From: a virus
Lineage: Duplodnaviria; Caudoviricetes
Virus record (IMG/VR): IMGVR_UViG_3300025779_000005
Location: 1-53,940 of that record
Length of the DNA: 53,940 nucleotides
Direction: 5' to 3' (one strand)
The first letter of the stretch is position 1, and each line of letters starts with the position of its first letter. Position numbers and translations under genes: made by a program. Below are positions 1 to 8,788 of this stretch, one piece after another. The notes under the pieces were generated by a model that was not told the DNA's origin, did no database searches, and saw only the letters and a program-made list of their open reading frames with translations.

Positions 1-3000
1 TTGATCGTTACGAACAACAGATTCAATTTGAAGACTGTTAGCGGAAGCAAAAACTTCAAGTTTCTTACTTGGCGAACTCGTCCCAATGCCTACGTTGCCG
101 CTGGAGTCAATACGCATACGCTCAGTAGCAGTTGCAGCGCCACCATTGGTATTAAACGTAAGCGCACTTGGCATACTATTGGTAGCAACAGTTCCGGTTA
201 CAACGGATACAATAGAAGCCGCTTGTATAAATTGCGTACCATCAGTTCCTAAATAGTTAAGAGTCCCAACTCCATCTCCGTTTTGAAGAGCCGTATAACT
301 ATTTACATCGCTTCCTCTGGTTGCACTAATTTGTAATAATGCACCGCCAGAGCCGGGAGTTGTATTTCTAACAATTTGTGCGGACCCAGCAACACCCGTT
401 CCATTTACGTAAAATTTTGGTGTAGTAGCGTTCGCATTTGTTGATGTATTTGCCGTTCCAATTAATACGTTGCCAGACGTATTGATATACATTGCTGTCG
501 TAGCGCCGTTGCTACCAACTTGGAACTGAATAGCATCAGACGTACCCGTTCCTGATGTAGACCGTAAGGAAAGCGTAGACGATGCTGTCGTGCCGCCGAT
601 AACCAATGGCGTTGTTAACGATGTAGTAAGCGTTGGCGATGCAGAATATGATGGCGCAACACCAACACCGCCCGATACCAATACGGAACCTGTCGCAACA
701 TCAGCCAACTTGGAAAGAGCGGTTGTCGTGGAGGCATAAAGAATGTCGCCAACTGTATAAGATGATTGACCCGTTCCGCCATTGGCTGCGACAAGAGTAC
801 CTGCAACCGTAACAGCGCCTGTTGTGGCCGAAGATGGCGTTAAGCCCGTTGTACCAAACGTAATTGATGTAACAGCAGCAGTTGATGGAATTGCACCCCA
901 CGAAGGAGCACTGCCCGTTGTAGCTACAAGAACTTGACCCGTAGTTCCAACGCCCGTAACGCCAAGCGCACTTGTTCCATTACCATAAATGATGCCATTA
1001 GCCGTAAATGTAGCCGCGCCCGTACCACCACTTGCAACTGTCAAGGCATTCGTGAGAGACAATGTACCGATAGCCGTCGTGGAAGTGCTCAAGAACGTAG
1101 CATTACCATTTGAGGCAATTGTTAGAGCCGTTACAGCCCCGTTATTACCCGTTTTAAATACAATATTATCTGTCGTGCCTGAACCTGTTGTGGATTGTAA
1201 TAATAACGACGAGGAAGCAGAAGTTCCGCCGTATACAGATGCGGCAGTCAGTGACGTAAGCGTAGGCGTTGCAGAATAAGAAGGAGCGGCACCAACACCA
1301 CCAGAAATAAGAACCGACCCCGTAGCGACATCAGCCAATTTGGATAAAGCGGTTGTGCTTGAAGCGTAAAGAATATCACCAATCGCATAAGATGATTGAC
1401 CAGTGCCACCATTCACCGCAACAAGTGTTCCAGCTACCGTTACCGCGCCAGTAGATGCCGTATTAGGCGTTAAACCTGTTGTTCCAAACGTAATGGACGT
1501 AACCGCAGCCGTTGAAGGTATTGTAGAAGACCAACTTGGCGCAGCACCTGTCGTGGCAAGCAAAAATTGACCCGTTGTACCAGCCGCCGTAATGCCCATA
1601 GCGGTTGTAGAGGAGCCATAAACTACGCCATATTGCGTCAATGCAGAGGCTTGCCCAGTGCCACCCGCTGTTACAGGTAACGTACCCGTAGTCAGGACTG
1701 ACGTAGACGTAGCATAAACCGCACCGCCAGACGTGAATGACGTTAATCCAGTGCCGCCATTTGTCGTTGCAAGCGTCCCAGCAAGAGTAACTACACCCGT
1801 GGTGGTTGTAGATGGTGTAAATCCAGTCGTTCCAGCTGAAAATGAAGTTACACCGGCATTGGCGATGCTAATTGAACCAGCACCATTGGTAATCGTAATG
1901 CCTGTGCCAGCCGTAATTGTAGAGCGGGTAAACCCAGTGCCATTACCGATATCAATTTGACCATTGGTAGGCGTAGCCGTCAAACCAGTGCCGCCATTTG
2001 CAACATTAAGCGTACCAGCAAGCGTTACCGCGCCATTTGTCGCCGTTGATGGCGTAAATCCAGTAGTCCCCGCTGAGAAAGTTGACACGCCAGAAGATGC
2101 AATTGAAATACCACCCGCGCTATTCGTAATGGTGATGTTTGACCCGGCTGTTAACGTCGCAAGTGTATATCCAGTTCCATTACCAATAAGAAGTTGACCG
2201 TTAGCTGGAGTAGTTCCAAGAGCAGTACCGCCATTTGCAACACCTAACGTGCCACCTAACGTCAGCGTACCTGAAGCCGTAATAGGCCCACCACTAAACG
2301 TAAGACCGGTAGAGCCGCCAGAAGCATCAACGCTCGTAACCGTACCAGCACCCGAAACTGTTGCCCAAGTTGGGTTAGCACTGGTTCCACCCGTACGAAG
2401 AAGCTGCCCCGCTGTCCCCGGTGATAAAGCCGTCCACTGAGTACCGCTACGAAAAATTAATGCACCTTGAGTTGAGCCAATAACAGCGTCCAAGATGGAA
2501 GATAAAGAGTTACCCGTTGGGACTGCTGATACGTTCGATATGTTAGAAAGAATGGCATAGGCACTTACAGAAGCCAACGATAACGTGCGGTTTGCGGAAA
2601 GATCGCCGCCGCCAGATAAGCCCGTGCCAGCCGAAATGGTCGTTGATGCCGATGCTGCACCGATATTAGATGGCGTAATTGTCGTGTTTGACGCTGATGT
2701 AATTCGGCCATATGTGTCTACTGCAATAACAGGAACAGCTGTCGTAGAACCATAAGTAGATGCAGAAACACCGGTAGTTGGTAATGAGATTGTGCCAGTA
2801 GTCGTTATCGTCCCGCCGGACAAACCATTACCAGCCGTAATAGATGTAACCGTACCCGTGCCGTAAGATTGTGCTTTTACGAAAGCCGTAGTGGCCAACG
2901 TGGTGCTATTGTCACTCGACGAAGGCGTTGGGGCTGCAGGTGTTCCAGTGAACGTAGGCGAGGCCAAAGGTGCGGCACCCAAAAGGGTCATTGTTTGCGC

Positions 3001-3309
3001 GACAGTTAGATCTACCGGCTGCGCTGAGCTACCAGAATTGTTGCCTTTAATGGTATTAGCGGCCATTTGGCCAAGGTAGCTATTTGTAATGCTATTGTTT
3101 GAAAGACCGATCGTACCCGTCGTCGTAATTGTCCCACCGGATAAAGGGGATTGCGCCGTAATCGATGTAACCGTACCGCCATTAGCGTTAAGATTGGCAA
3201 TAGCCTGAGTGGTGGTGCGAGTAGACGTGCCAGATTGAACAATCGCAACCTGTTCAGTACCCGATAAGGACGTCGCAACCGGAAGGAGTGTAGTTGTTGT
3301 ATTCGACAT
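1..3309 (-). CDS. Long tail fibre protein, N-terminal part (1103 codons, open at the window edge; absent from the supplied ORF track)
   Basis: ATG at 3309, just after the stop of the upstream gene. Reads MSNTTTLLPVATSLSGTEQVAIVQSG... with no stop down to base 1 (...ERMRIDSSGNVGIGTSSPSKKLEVFASANSLQIESVVRNDQ). G/T/S/A-rich repeats (GTVTSI, VANGGTG, GQLLIGNGTG, RMRIDSSGNVGIG) are typical of phage fibres. Confidence 0.9.
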   Translation of the reverse strand, partial: MSNTTTTLLPVATSLSGTEQVAIVQSGTSTRTTTQAIANLNANGGTVTSITAQSPLSGGTITTTGTIGLSNNSITNSYLGQMAANTIKGNNSGSSAQPVDLTVAQTMTLLGAAPLASPTFTGTPAAPTPSSSDNSTTLATTAFVKAQSYGTGTVTSITAGNGLSGGTITTTGTISLPTTGVSASTYGSTTAVPVIAVDTYGRITSASNTTITPSNIGAASASTTISAGTGLSGGGDLSANRTLSLASVSAYAILSNISNVSAVPTGNSLSSILDAVIGSTQGALIFRSGTQWTALSPGTAGQLLRTGGTSANPTWATVSGAGTVTSVDASGGSTGLTFSGGPITASGTLTLGGTLGVANGGTALGTTPANGQLLIGNGTGYTLATLTAGSNITITNSAGGISIASSGVSTFSAGTTGFTPSTATNGAVTLAGTLNVANGGTGLTATPTNGQIDIGNGTGFTRSTITAGTGITITNGAGSISIANAGVTSFSAGTTGFTPSTTTTGVVTLAGTLATTNGGTGLTSFTSGGAVYATSTSVLTTGTLPVTAGGTGQASALTQYGVVYGSSTTAMGITAAGTTGQFLLATTGAAPSWSSTIPSTAAVTSITFGTTGLTPNTASTGAVTVAGTLVAVNGGTGQSSYAIGDILYASSTTALSKLADVATGSVLISGGVGAAPSYSATPTLTSLTAASVYGGTSASSSLLLQSTTGSGTTDNIVFKTGNNGAVTALTIASNGNATFLSTSTTAIGTLSLTNALTVASGGTGAATFTANGIIYGNGTSALGVTGVGTTGQVLVATTGSAPSWGAIPSTAAVTSITFGTTGLTPSSATTGAVTVAGTLVAANGGTGQSSYTVGDILYASTTTALSKLADVATGSVLVSGGVGVAPSYSASPTLTTSLTTPLVIGGTTASSTLSLRSTSGTGTSDAIQFQVGSNGATTAMYINTSGNVLIGTANTSTNANATTPKFYVNGTGVAGSAQIVRNTTPGSGGALLQISATRGSDVNSYTALQNGDGVGTLNYLGTDGTQFIQAASIVSVVTGTVATNSMPSALTFNTNGGAATATERMRIDSSGNVGIGTSSPSKKLEVFASANSLQIESVVRNDQ
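640..1520 (-). repeat. Internal ~260-bp duplication in the tail fibre (about 640-900 and 1260-1520)
   Basis: Both copies encode IPSTAAVTSITFGTTGLTP..TGAVTVAGTLVA.NGGTGQSSY..GDILYAS.TTALSKLADVATGSVL.SGGVG.APSYSA.PTLT, with mostly synonymous differences. Confidence 0.85.
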
Positions 3310-3311
3310 GG

Positions 3312-4046
3312 TTACACCCCGGTTTGCGGTATCTGGGTATAATTATAAGGCAACCCGACAAGTGCCGTAACTAACAGAGTGGAACCCTGCAAAAGATTAC
3401 CACTAGGTATAGCATTGTTTGTTTGGTAGGTGAAGGCCGTCCCCGTCTTTACGGTAACACTGTAAAACCCATCCGCACCGTTGTTTGAAAGCCCTTCAAT
3501 GGCAATCTGTGAGTCTGTAGACAAACCATGCACTGCAGAACACGTTACCGTAATTGTATTAGTGCCATTGGCAAGAACAGAAAGAGGGTAAAGATTAACT
3601 CGATATGCAGTCTTATCATACAAAGGCATAACGGCATTTTGATCTAACCCTTGTGGTTTCCCGATAGGTTGATCTGTAAGATTTTGCCCGTTTTGTGTTT
3701 GCAGCGTCGTTGTAGATGGGACAGGAATCCCAGTCCAAAAATCAGTTACAGTTGGCGCGTTTGTAGCTACAAAATCTGTCTCAGCCGCAGCGTAGTCCTG
3801 CACACGAGGATTGAGAATTGGCGTAGGATCTGCCGGTAAAACGATAGCGCGAAGTTGGTTTTGCGGGGTGTCGTTGCATGGATTGCATACGAGGATACGT
3901 TTATTGATTAGACCAGCGCCTGCATAGTCGTACTGCCACTGTAAATTAATGTGGTTATAAATAAAACCGCAACGGTCGCACTGCCCCGCCGCCCTCGGAT
4001 TACGAGAACTTACAGATGCCCGTCCGAGTTTTGAGGCGTATCCCAT
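3312..4046 (-). CDS. Conserved virion-associated protein: N-terminal CxxC..CxxC zinc ribbon plus C-terminal beta-rich (E1-FCCH-like) module
   Basis: CDRCGF...CNPCNDTPQ motif; C-terminal ITVTCSAVHGLSTDSQIAIEG..ADGFYSVTV..TAFTY; lies between adaptor and fibre genes. Confidence 0.65.
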   Translation of the reverse strand: MGYASKLGRASVSSRNPRAAGQCDRCGFIYNHINLQWQYDYAGAGLINKRILVCNPCNDTPQNQLRAIVLPADPTPILNPRVQDYAAAETDFVATNAPTVTDFWTGIPVPSTTTLQTQNGQNLTDQPIGKPQGLDQNAVMPLYDKTAYRVNLYPLSVLANGTNTITVTCSAVHGLSTDSQIAIEGLSNNGADGFYSVTVKTGTAFTYQTNNAIPSGNLLQGSTLLVTALVGLPYNYTQIPQTGV

Positions 4047-4051
4047 TAATT

Positions 4052-4990
4052 TTACCTAAAATAGGATTGGATTTGCGGTGAAATATACTGTTGCGCGGTT
4101 TCTACGTTTTGTTCTGCAGCAACTGCGTATGCCTCATCGGCCAATGGTTTTAAAAGAACTGACTTCTGAGGGTTCCAAATGATTGCAAGCCGATGCGCAA
4201 GAGCATAAGCGTAAGCCTCAAGCCAAAGATACGGGATTTCAACCGTCTGACCAGATATAAATGCGCTGTCTTGGATTTGCCTAACGCGATAATACTTCAA
4301 GTATTGCGACGACGTACCATCTGGAACAGGCCAAAGCGTTACCGAAGGACCGGGCGAACCTGTAGAACGAGATGCGTCAATCAATCGGTCAAACCAAAAT
4401 ACGGTGGGAAATCCCACTTGTTGCTTGTTGGGGTATGAAGCGTATTCGGTTCGCGATACTGGAAGAATAATACGATCGATCGGCTGGTTTTGGCTTTGTG
4501 TTGTCGTTACATAAGCATCCAAAAGGACAACAGTATTAGAATCCACGGAATATGTTGCTGCAGGCGTTGAAGACGAAATCGTGCCGCCCGTCGAAGTTCC
4601 AACATATGAGGATGAAAATGATACTGAACCGTTGGAACTTGCCGTGACAGTTTGAACGCCATTAACGCTGCTTGTTCCGGCAACAGTAATTTGTGTACCT
4701 ACTGTATATACAGGCGTGTTTGGAGTGGAATAGGTAACAATAGTGGTTGTTCCGTTACCTATGGCTGTCAAAATTGTTGGGGTCTGGTTAAAATTAACAA
4801 TTTCTTGATCCACAGCCCATAGATTTACGCCACGGTTCGACCAGTTGGAAAGCAACATGTTACTAGCCATACGAGCCGCTTCCATATGCTCTTGAGCAAT
4901 AGCCGTTCCCCGTATCTCACAAAGATTGTAAGCATAAAGAACGACTTCGCCGAGCGATGGATTGTAGGAATAAGTGCCACTCGTGGCCAT
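4052..4990 (-). CDS. Putative head-tail adaptor/connector protein with an inserted beta-rich module
   Basis: MATSGTYSYNP..., WSNRGVNLW, SRTEYASYPNK..G.PT.FWFDR, LWPVPD, EIPYLWLEA: a P22 gp4 / tail-tubular-A-like pattern; position downstream of capsid genes. Confidence 0.65.
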   Translation of the reverse strand: MATSGTYSYNPSLGEVVLYAYNLCEIRGTAIAQEHMEAARMASNMLLSNWSNRGVNLWAVDQEIVNFNQTPTILTAIGNGTTTIVTYSTPNTPVYTVGTQITVAGTSSVNGVQTVTASSNGSVSFSSSYVGTSTGGTISSSTPAATYSVDSNTVVLLDAYVTTTQSQNQPIDRIILPVSRTEYASYPNKQQVGFPTVFWFDRLIDASRSTGSPGPSVTLWPVPDGTSSQYLKYYRVRQIQDSAFISGQTVEIPYLWLEAYAYALAHRLAIIWNPQKSVLLKPLADEAYAVAAEQNVETAQQYISPQIQSYFR

Positions 4991-5763
4991 TAGAGAGTTC
5001 CGTCAGTTGCAACCAGAACGCCCTCACCAAATGCACCGATAGCATAAGTTCCGGCAGTCGTATTAACGCGAAACTGGATGTCTGTTTTTTCCGTATAAAT
5101 CAGCGGATATTGCCGATGAATGTCCAAGATGCTGGTAAATGGCGACTGCGCTACGTTGAACGCGACCTTGGAATTGGCATTTTGCTGCCAGTTAATAAAA
5201 GTCAAGTTGTTAGAAGATGTGTAGGGGTTAGATGCAAACACGTCGATGCGGTTCAAAAAGAACGAGTAACCCGCTGGCACCGTATAGATAGCCATCTGCG
5301 TCTTGCCAACACCGATAGCAATCTGTGCATAGGTCGTTCCGCCGTTCTTAGCTGTAATAGTGCCAACATTTGAATTACCAAGCGTTGCAACGCTAGTGAC
5401 AATCATGCTGTTGATGCGGAAGAATGCCGTGCCGTTGGTGGCCGTACCGGAAGTTCCGCCGGAGAATGTCACCGTATCGGTCACAACTGCATAGTTTGCA
5501 TCCAAACCGGTAACCGTCATTGTCAGGGTTTCAGATGCCGAGCTGGCATATGTCATCGTCAATGCAGAAGTTGGATAGGTATAAACCGATGCGTTTTCCC
5601 AAACTGGGATGCTAGTCGTCGTCACAGAGGCCTGATAGCCAAAAATATTGACTACGTTATGAAGCGTAATCTGACTACGAGCGACTTGAAGCTCAAAAGG
5701 TTCATTGCGTCCAACGCGGGTAATAGACTGGTTGACAGCGCCTGTTTGCTGAATCGTAGCCAT
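4990..5763 (-). CDS. Virion structural protein (beta-rich, conserved in podoviruses)
   Basis: 257 aa, T/S/G-rich, GRNEPFELQVAR...NIFGY...VWE; in the late operon, coupled to the downstream gene. Confidence 0.6.
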   Translation of the reverse strand: MATIQQTGAVNQSITRVGRNEPFELQVARSQITLHNVVNIFGYQASVTTTSIPVWENASVYTYPTSALTMTYASSASETLTMTVTGLDANYAVVTDTVTFSGGTSGTATNGTAFFRINSMIVTSVATLGNSNVGTITAKNGGTTYAQIAIGVGKTQMAIYTVPAGYSFFLNRIDVFASNPYTSSNNLTFINWQQNANSKVAFNVAQSPFTSILDIHRQYPLIYTEKTDIQFRVNTTAGTYAIGAFGEGVLVATDGTL

Positions 5764-5765
5764 GA

Positions 5766-5930
5766 TTATTTGCCTTTTTTCCGTGCCGCAGCGGCGTTGT
5801 CAACTAAATTTAGGTATGGCCTACCAGCCGCCCGTGCTCTAGCTTTAGCACTTTGCTCTTGTTTGTGCGATAGATGCTTTGTGTGATGTCCCTTGGGTAA
5901 CTCTTTGTCCCAAAATGGTTTATCAGACAT
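5766..5930 (-). CDS. Small basic protein (54 aa; below the ORF-track cutoff)
   Basis: MSDKPFWDKELPKGHHTKHLSHKQEQSAKARARAAGRPYLNLVDNAAAARKKGK; its ATG overlaps the TGA of the upstream gene and it fills the gap in the operon. Confidence 0.75.
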   Translation of the reverse strand: MSDKPFWDKELPKGHHTKHLSHKQEQSAKARARAAGRPYLNLVDNAAAARKKGK

Positions 5931-6172
5931 CAGCAGCCCCACTTACGAAGTGATTTATTAATACGACTATCAGGATCAGCAGCTTTAGCCGAACCAGTCA
6001 TTTTTCGCTTTATACCAGTCATCCGCTCACAGAATGATTTATGCCGTGGGTTATCGGAATCTTTGGTTGGAGCCTTGAGGTGATGACCTTCCGCACGAGC
6101 AGATTGCCTCCCACGTTCATTGAGCCCACCAGACGGTGATTTGCCTTCAGATCGTGTCCATGCAGCGGTCAT
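5930..6172 (-). CDS. Small basic phage protein (DUF6321-like, 80 aa)
   Basis: AWTRSEGKSPSGGLNERGR...LKAP...RHKSFCERM...DPDSRINKSLRKWGC; start reassigned to ATG 6172 behind a GGAG RBS. Confidence 0.65.
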   Translation of the reverse strand: MTAAWTRSEGKSPSGGLNERGRQSARAEGHHLKAPTKDSDNPRHKSFCERMTGIKRKMTGSAKAADPDSRINKSLRKWGC

Positions 6173-6183
6173 AATAAACTCCA

Positions 6184-6213
6184 AAAGAGAGAGGAAGGGG
6201 GCCGGAGCCCCCA
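6184..6213 (-). terminator. Possible weak intrinsic terminator or hairpin after the His-rich gene
   Basis: GGGGCTCCGGCCCC stem followed by the pyrimidine tract TTCCTCTCTCTTTT on the minus strand. Confidence 0.4.
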
Positions 6214-6218
6214 ACCAA

Positions 6219-6638
6219 TTATTTACCGTGCATCTCTGGCTCGTACGAGTGATGAGCTTTTGGCTCCATCCCGTGATGAGCAGAAGAAAGCGGGTTCATG
6301 TTCGAACCAGCAGCGCGACCACCGGATTTACGTGGCTTGCGATCGGCGCGGTGATGAGCTTTCATGCCCATTGCGTGACCGACGTGATGCTTCGCCTTGT
6401 GCTTCTTGATCTTACCGCCGTGCTTACGCTCTTCGGCTTCATGAGCAACATGCGAATGCTCGCCTGCGTAGATATCCTTTGGCGACTCATCGTTATCCCA
6501 ATCGCCTTCGGTAGCAGAACCTTCGTTCACGCTATGATGTTCCTGTACATGACCGCCTTTTGCGTGCTCAGCACGTGGGTGGTGATGATGTACGCCATGT
6601 TCAACGTGCCCATGGTGATGACCTTTGTGACCCTTCAT
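6219..6638 (-). CDS. Extremely His/Lys-rich protein with three xxxGG motifs
   Basis: MKGHKGHHHGHVEHGVHHHHPRAEHAKGGHV...RKHGGKI...RADRKPRKSGGRA; AGGAG RBS. Confidence 0.8.
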   Translation of the reverse strand: MKGHKGHHHGHVEHGVHHHHPRAEHAKGGHVQEHHSVNEGSATEGDWDNDESPKDIYAGEHSHVAHEAEERKHGGKIKKHKAKHHVGHAMGMKAHHRADRKPRKSGGRAAGSNMNPLSSAHHGMEPKAHHSYEPEMHGK

Positions 6639-6648
6639 GGCTCACTCC

Positions 6649-7848
6649 TTAAAAGTTGTAGTACTGGGTTGAGCCAACCAAGCCCGTGGTATACGGGACA
6701 TTGTAGGCCTGCGGGGACTGACGAACGATCAGCTTATTTGCACCACTGCTTGAAGTAGCGGCGTAGGTTCCACGAACGTCTGCAGTCGTAGCCGATGGAG
6801 TGGTACGGTCAGCAGGGAGATAACCCGTTGTAGCAGTAACCAATGTCGTTGCGACCAAAGAGGTTGCATAGTTGACAAGGATATCACCAAACGTGTCCGA
6901 ACGAAGTGGAAGACCAAACACGTCAGCAGTACCGACCGAATAGGCGTGAGTCGTATCAGCCGTGCCACCCGAAAGCACCACAGACTTGATATACTTGAAC
7001 GCTTTTCTGCCGTTAACCGTGCTACCTGCAGTGATCGTAATGGCTTCAGACATTGGATACCCGTAGATATCATAGCCGTTAACCGTTGCGGTTGCGTAAG
7101 TAGCACTTGCTGCTGCCGTAATGCTCACTGCGCGACCAAGAAGAGCTTGTGGGCTCCAGTTGGCCATGCTTAACGTCTGAGCATTGTTTGGAACGGCACA
7201 CTGAGCAGGCGTCTGGTAAGCCAAAGTAACTGTACCAGAAGTTGCCGTCAGGTTGCCCGTAAGCTGGTATGTACCGGTTGTACCTTGCGAAACCGAAGAA
7301 TAGGTGCCGGTTGTCGTAAGCTGCGCGATAATCTGTGAACCAAGGGCAGTTCCTTGCGAAACCGTACCAGTGGTTGCCAAAATTACCATGCCGGGGCCAA
7401 TTGGCATCTGGTTGGTCGAAGTCGTGACCGTCAAAATGCCGTTTGAAACCGTACCAGTTACCGATGCATAAGCATCAAGAGCAAGAACCGTGTCAGTTGC
7501 GCCCGTATCCGCACGAACAAAATTCGTGGAATAATAAACGCCAGTTGTGGAGGAGTTAGAAGTGACCAACGAGAGCGTTGCACTTGTAGGGTTAGCCGAA
7601 GCAACAATTGCTGCCGAAGCCGCCGTATAAGGCACTGCACTCAAGGTCGTGATGTTGTCGAACCCAAGCCAGCCAAAGTCGATGGCTGACTGTGCTTCAC
7701 CCGGAAGATAGGTGTAAGGCAAGCGTGGGTCGAGGAAGCCTGCACCTGCATAAAACAGGGACGAGCCGCCGATATCGGGGTTGTAATCAGCACTTGTGGC
7801 AGCTTGGCCAAAAGCGATGACAGGACCAGTGAATGCGTCTACAGCCAT
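6649..7848 (-). CDS. Virion structural protein (minor capsid/decoration-like) directly downstream of the major capsid gene
   Basis: 399 aa, T/A/S/G-rich; MAVDAFTGPV, V.GYDIYGYPMSE.I, G.KAFKYI, VGTADVFGLP motifs; AGGAGAA RBS. Confidence 0.6.
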   Translation of the reverse strand: MAVDAFTGPVIAFGQAATSADYNPDIGGSSLFYAGAGFLDPRLPYTYLPGEAQSAIDFGWLGFDNITTLSAVPYTAASAAIVASANPTSATLSLVTSNSSTTGVYYSTNFVRADTGATDTVLALDAYASVTGTVSNGILTVTTSTNQMPIGPGMVILATTGTVSQGTALGSQIIAQLTTTGTYSSVSQGTTGTYQLTGNLTATSGTVTLAYQTPAQCAVPNNAQTLSMANWSPQALLGRAVSITAAASATYATATVNGYDIYGYPMSEAITITAGSTVNGRKAFKYIKSVVLSGGTADTTHAYSVGTADVFGLPLRSDTFGDILVNYATSLVATTLVTATTGYLPADRTTPSATTADVRGTYAATSSSGANKLIVRQSPQAYNVPYTTGLVGSTQYYNF

Positions 7849-7860
7849 AGTAACTTCTCC

Positions 7861-8775
7861 TTACGAGGTTGGGAATGAGCCGTAGATTGCGCGCCAGTTA
7901 TAGTAACCGAACGAGTAACGCTCGTAGCCCTTTACAAGCAAGTTATCAGTAACAAAATCCACTTGCATGTCAGTTTCAAACTTAATACGTTCCATATAGG
8001 CAAGGCCATCAATGTTCGTAAGTAAGAACCAAGCATAGGCAGAGGTCAAGAAGTCGTTGACAAGATAACCTTCTGGCAAACCACCAGCAGTCGTCATGAT
8101 CGCGTTGACATCGTTATCTGCAGTACCCGGACGCAATTCAGTCTTGAGAAGACGAATAGCAACTGGCTCCAACTGAGGAGGGATGATCAACTTGCGACCA
8201 CGAGCAAACACCTTCAAGTTGGCCTGATCGCGGAAGTTCGTACGGATTGCGATCATCGCATTCAGCAACGTGGCTTCGTTGAGGTCAACCTGAGTGGTAG
8301 GCGTGTTGGCTACAGAACCGCCATCGATAGGATGAGCAGTGTTGCAGAGAGATACGCCGTCGCCACCGACTGCAGCGTTATACGTCTGAGCCGTGTTGAG
8401 GAGGTTTGCACCGTAGATTTCCTTGGTCTGCTGGAAAGATTCAATCAGGCCGAGGTTCGAAGGCGTAAACTGGGTCTTGTATAGGTTATCGTCGATAGCT
8501 TTACGGGTGATTGCGTAGCCGAGTGCAATTTCCGTATGCTCTTGGTTGTAGATAAAACGTTCACCAGCGCCCGAATCAAACGAGGTCTGACCACCTTCGG
8601 TCTTCAACTGAGCCAAACCGAGGTAACGCATTTCAGCGGTACGTTCGAGGGCCATCTTCGAATCGTGCTTAGTGAAAATCTTGTCGTACTGAGATGGGAT
8701 CATCTCGTACTTGCCTTCAACGCCACGGAGACCGGGGAGCAAAAGGTCTTTAATCTGTGAAAGATTAACAGCCAT
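7861..8775 (-). CDS. Major capsid protein (HK97 fold, Mu gpT-like family)
   Basis: 304 aa; ..KDLLLPGL.., HTEIALGYAITRKAIDDNLY, GGDGVSL..TAHP, LIIPPQL, GTADNDVN, ERYSFGYYNWRAIYGS; follows scaffold and decoration genes. Confidence 0.9.
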   Translation of the reverse strand: MAVNLSQIKDLLLPGLRGVEGKYEMIPSQYDKIFTKHDSKMALERTAEMRYLGLAQLKTEGGQTSFDSGAGERFIYNQEHTEIALGYAITRKAIDDNLYKTQFTPSNLGLIESFQQTKEIYGANLLNTAQTYNAAVGGDGVSLCNTAHPIDGGSVANTPTTQVDLNEATLLNAMIAIRTNFRDQANLKVFARGRKLIIPPQLEPVAIRLLKTELRPGTADNDVNAIMTTAGGLPEGYLVNDFLTSAYAWFLLTNIDGLAYMERIKFETDMQVDFVTDNLLVKGYERYSFGYYNWRAIYGSFPTS

Positions 8776-8788
8776 GATTAATTACTCC

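Noticed and set aside
1-3079. Plus-strand Val/Pro-rich ORFs (989-1279, 1733-1960, 1964-2197, 2249-2440, 2891-3079, also 53047-53532 and 50194-50493)
   Set aside because: They are antisense shadows of Thr/Gly-rich minus-strand structural genes, with no RBS or independent motifs.
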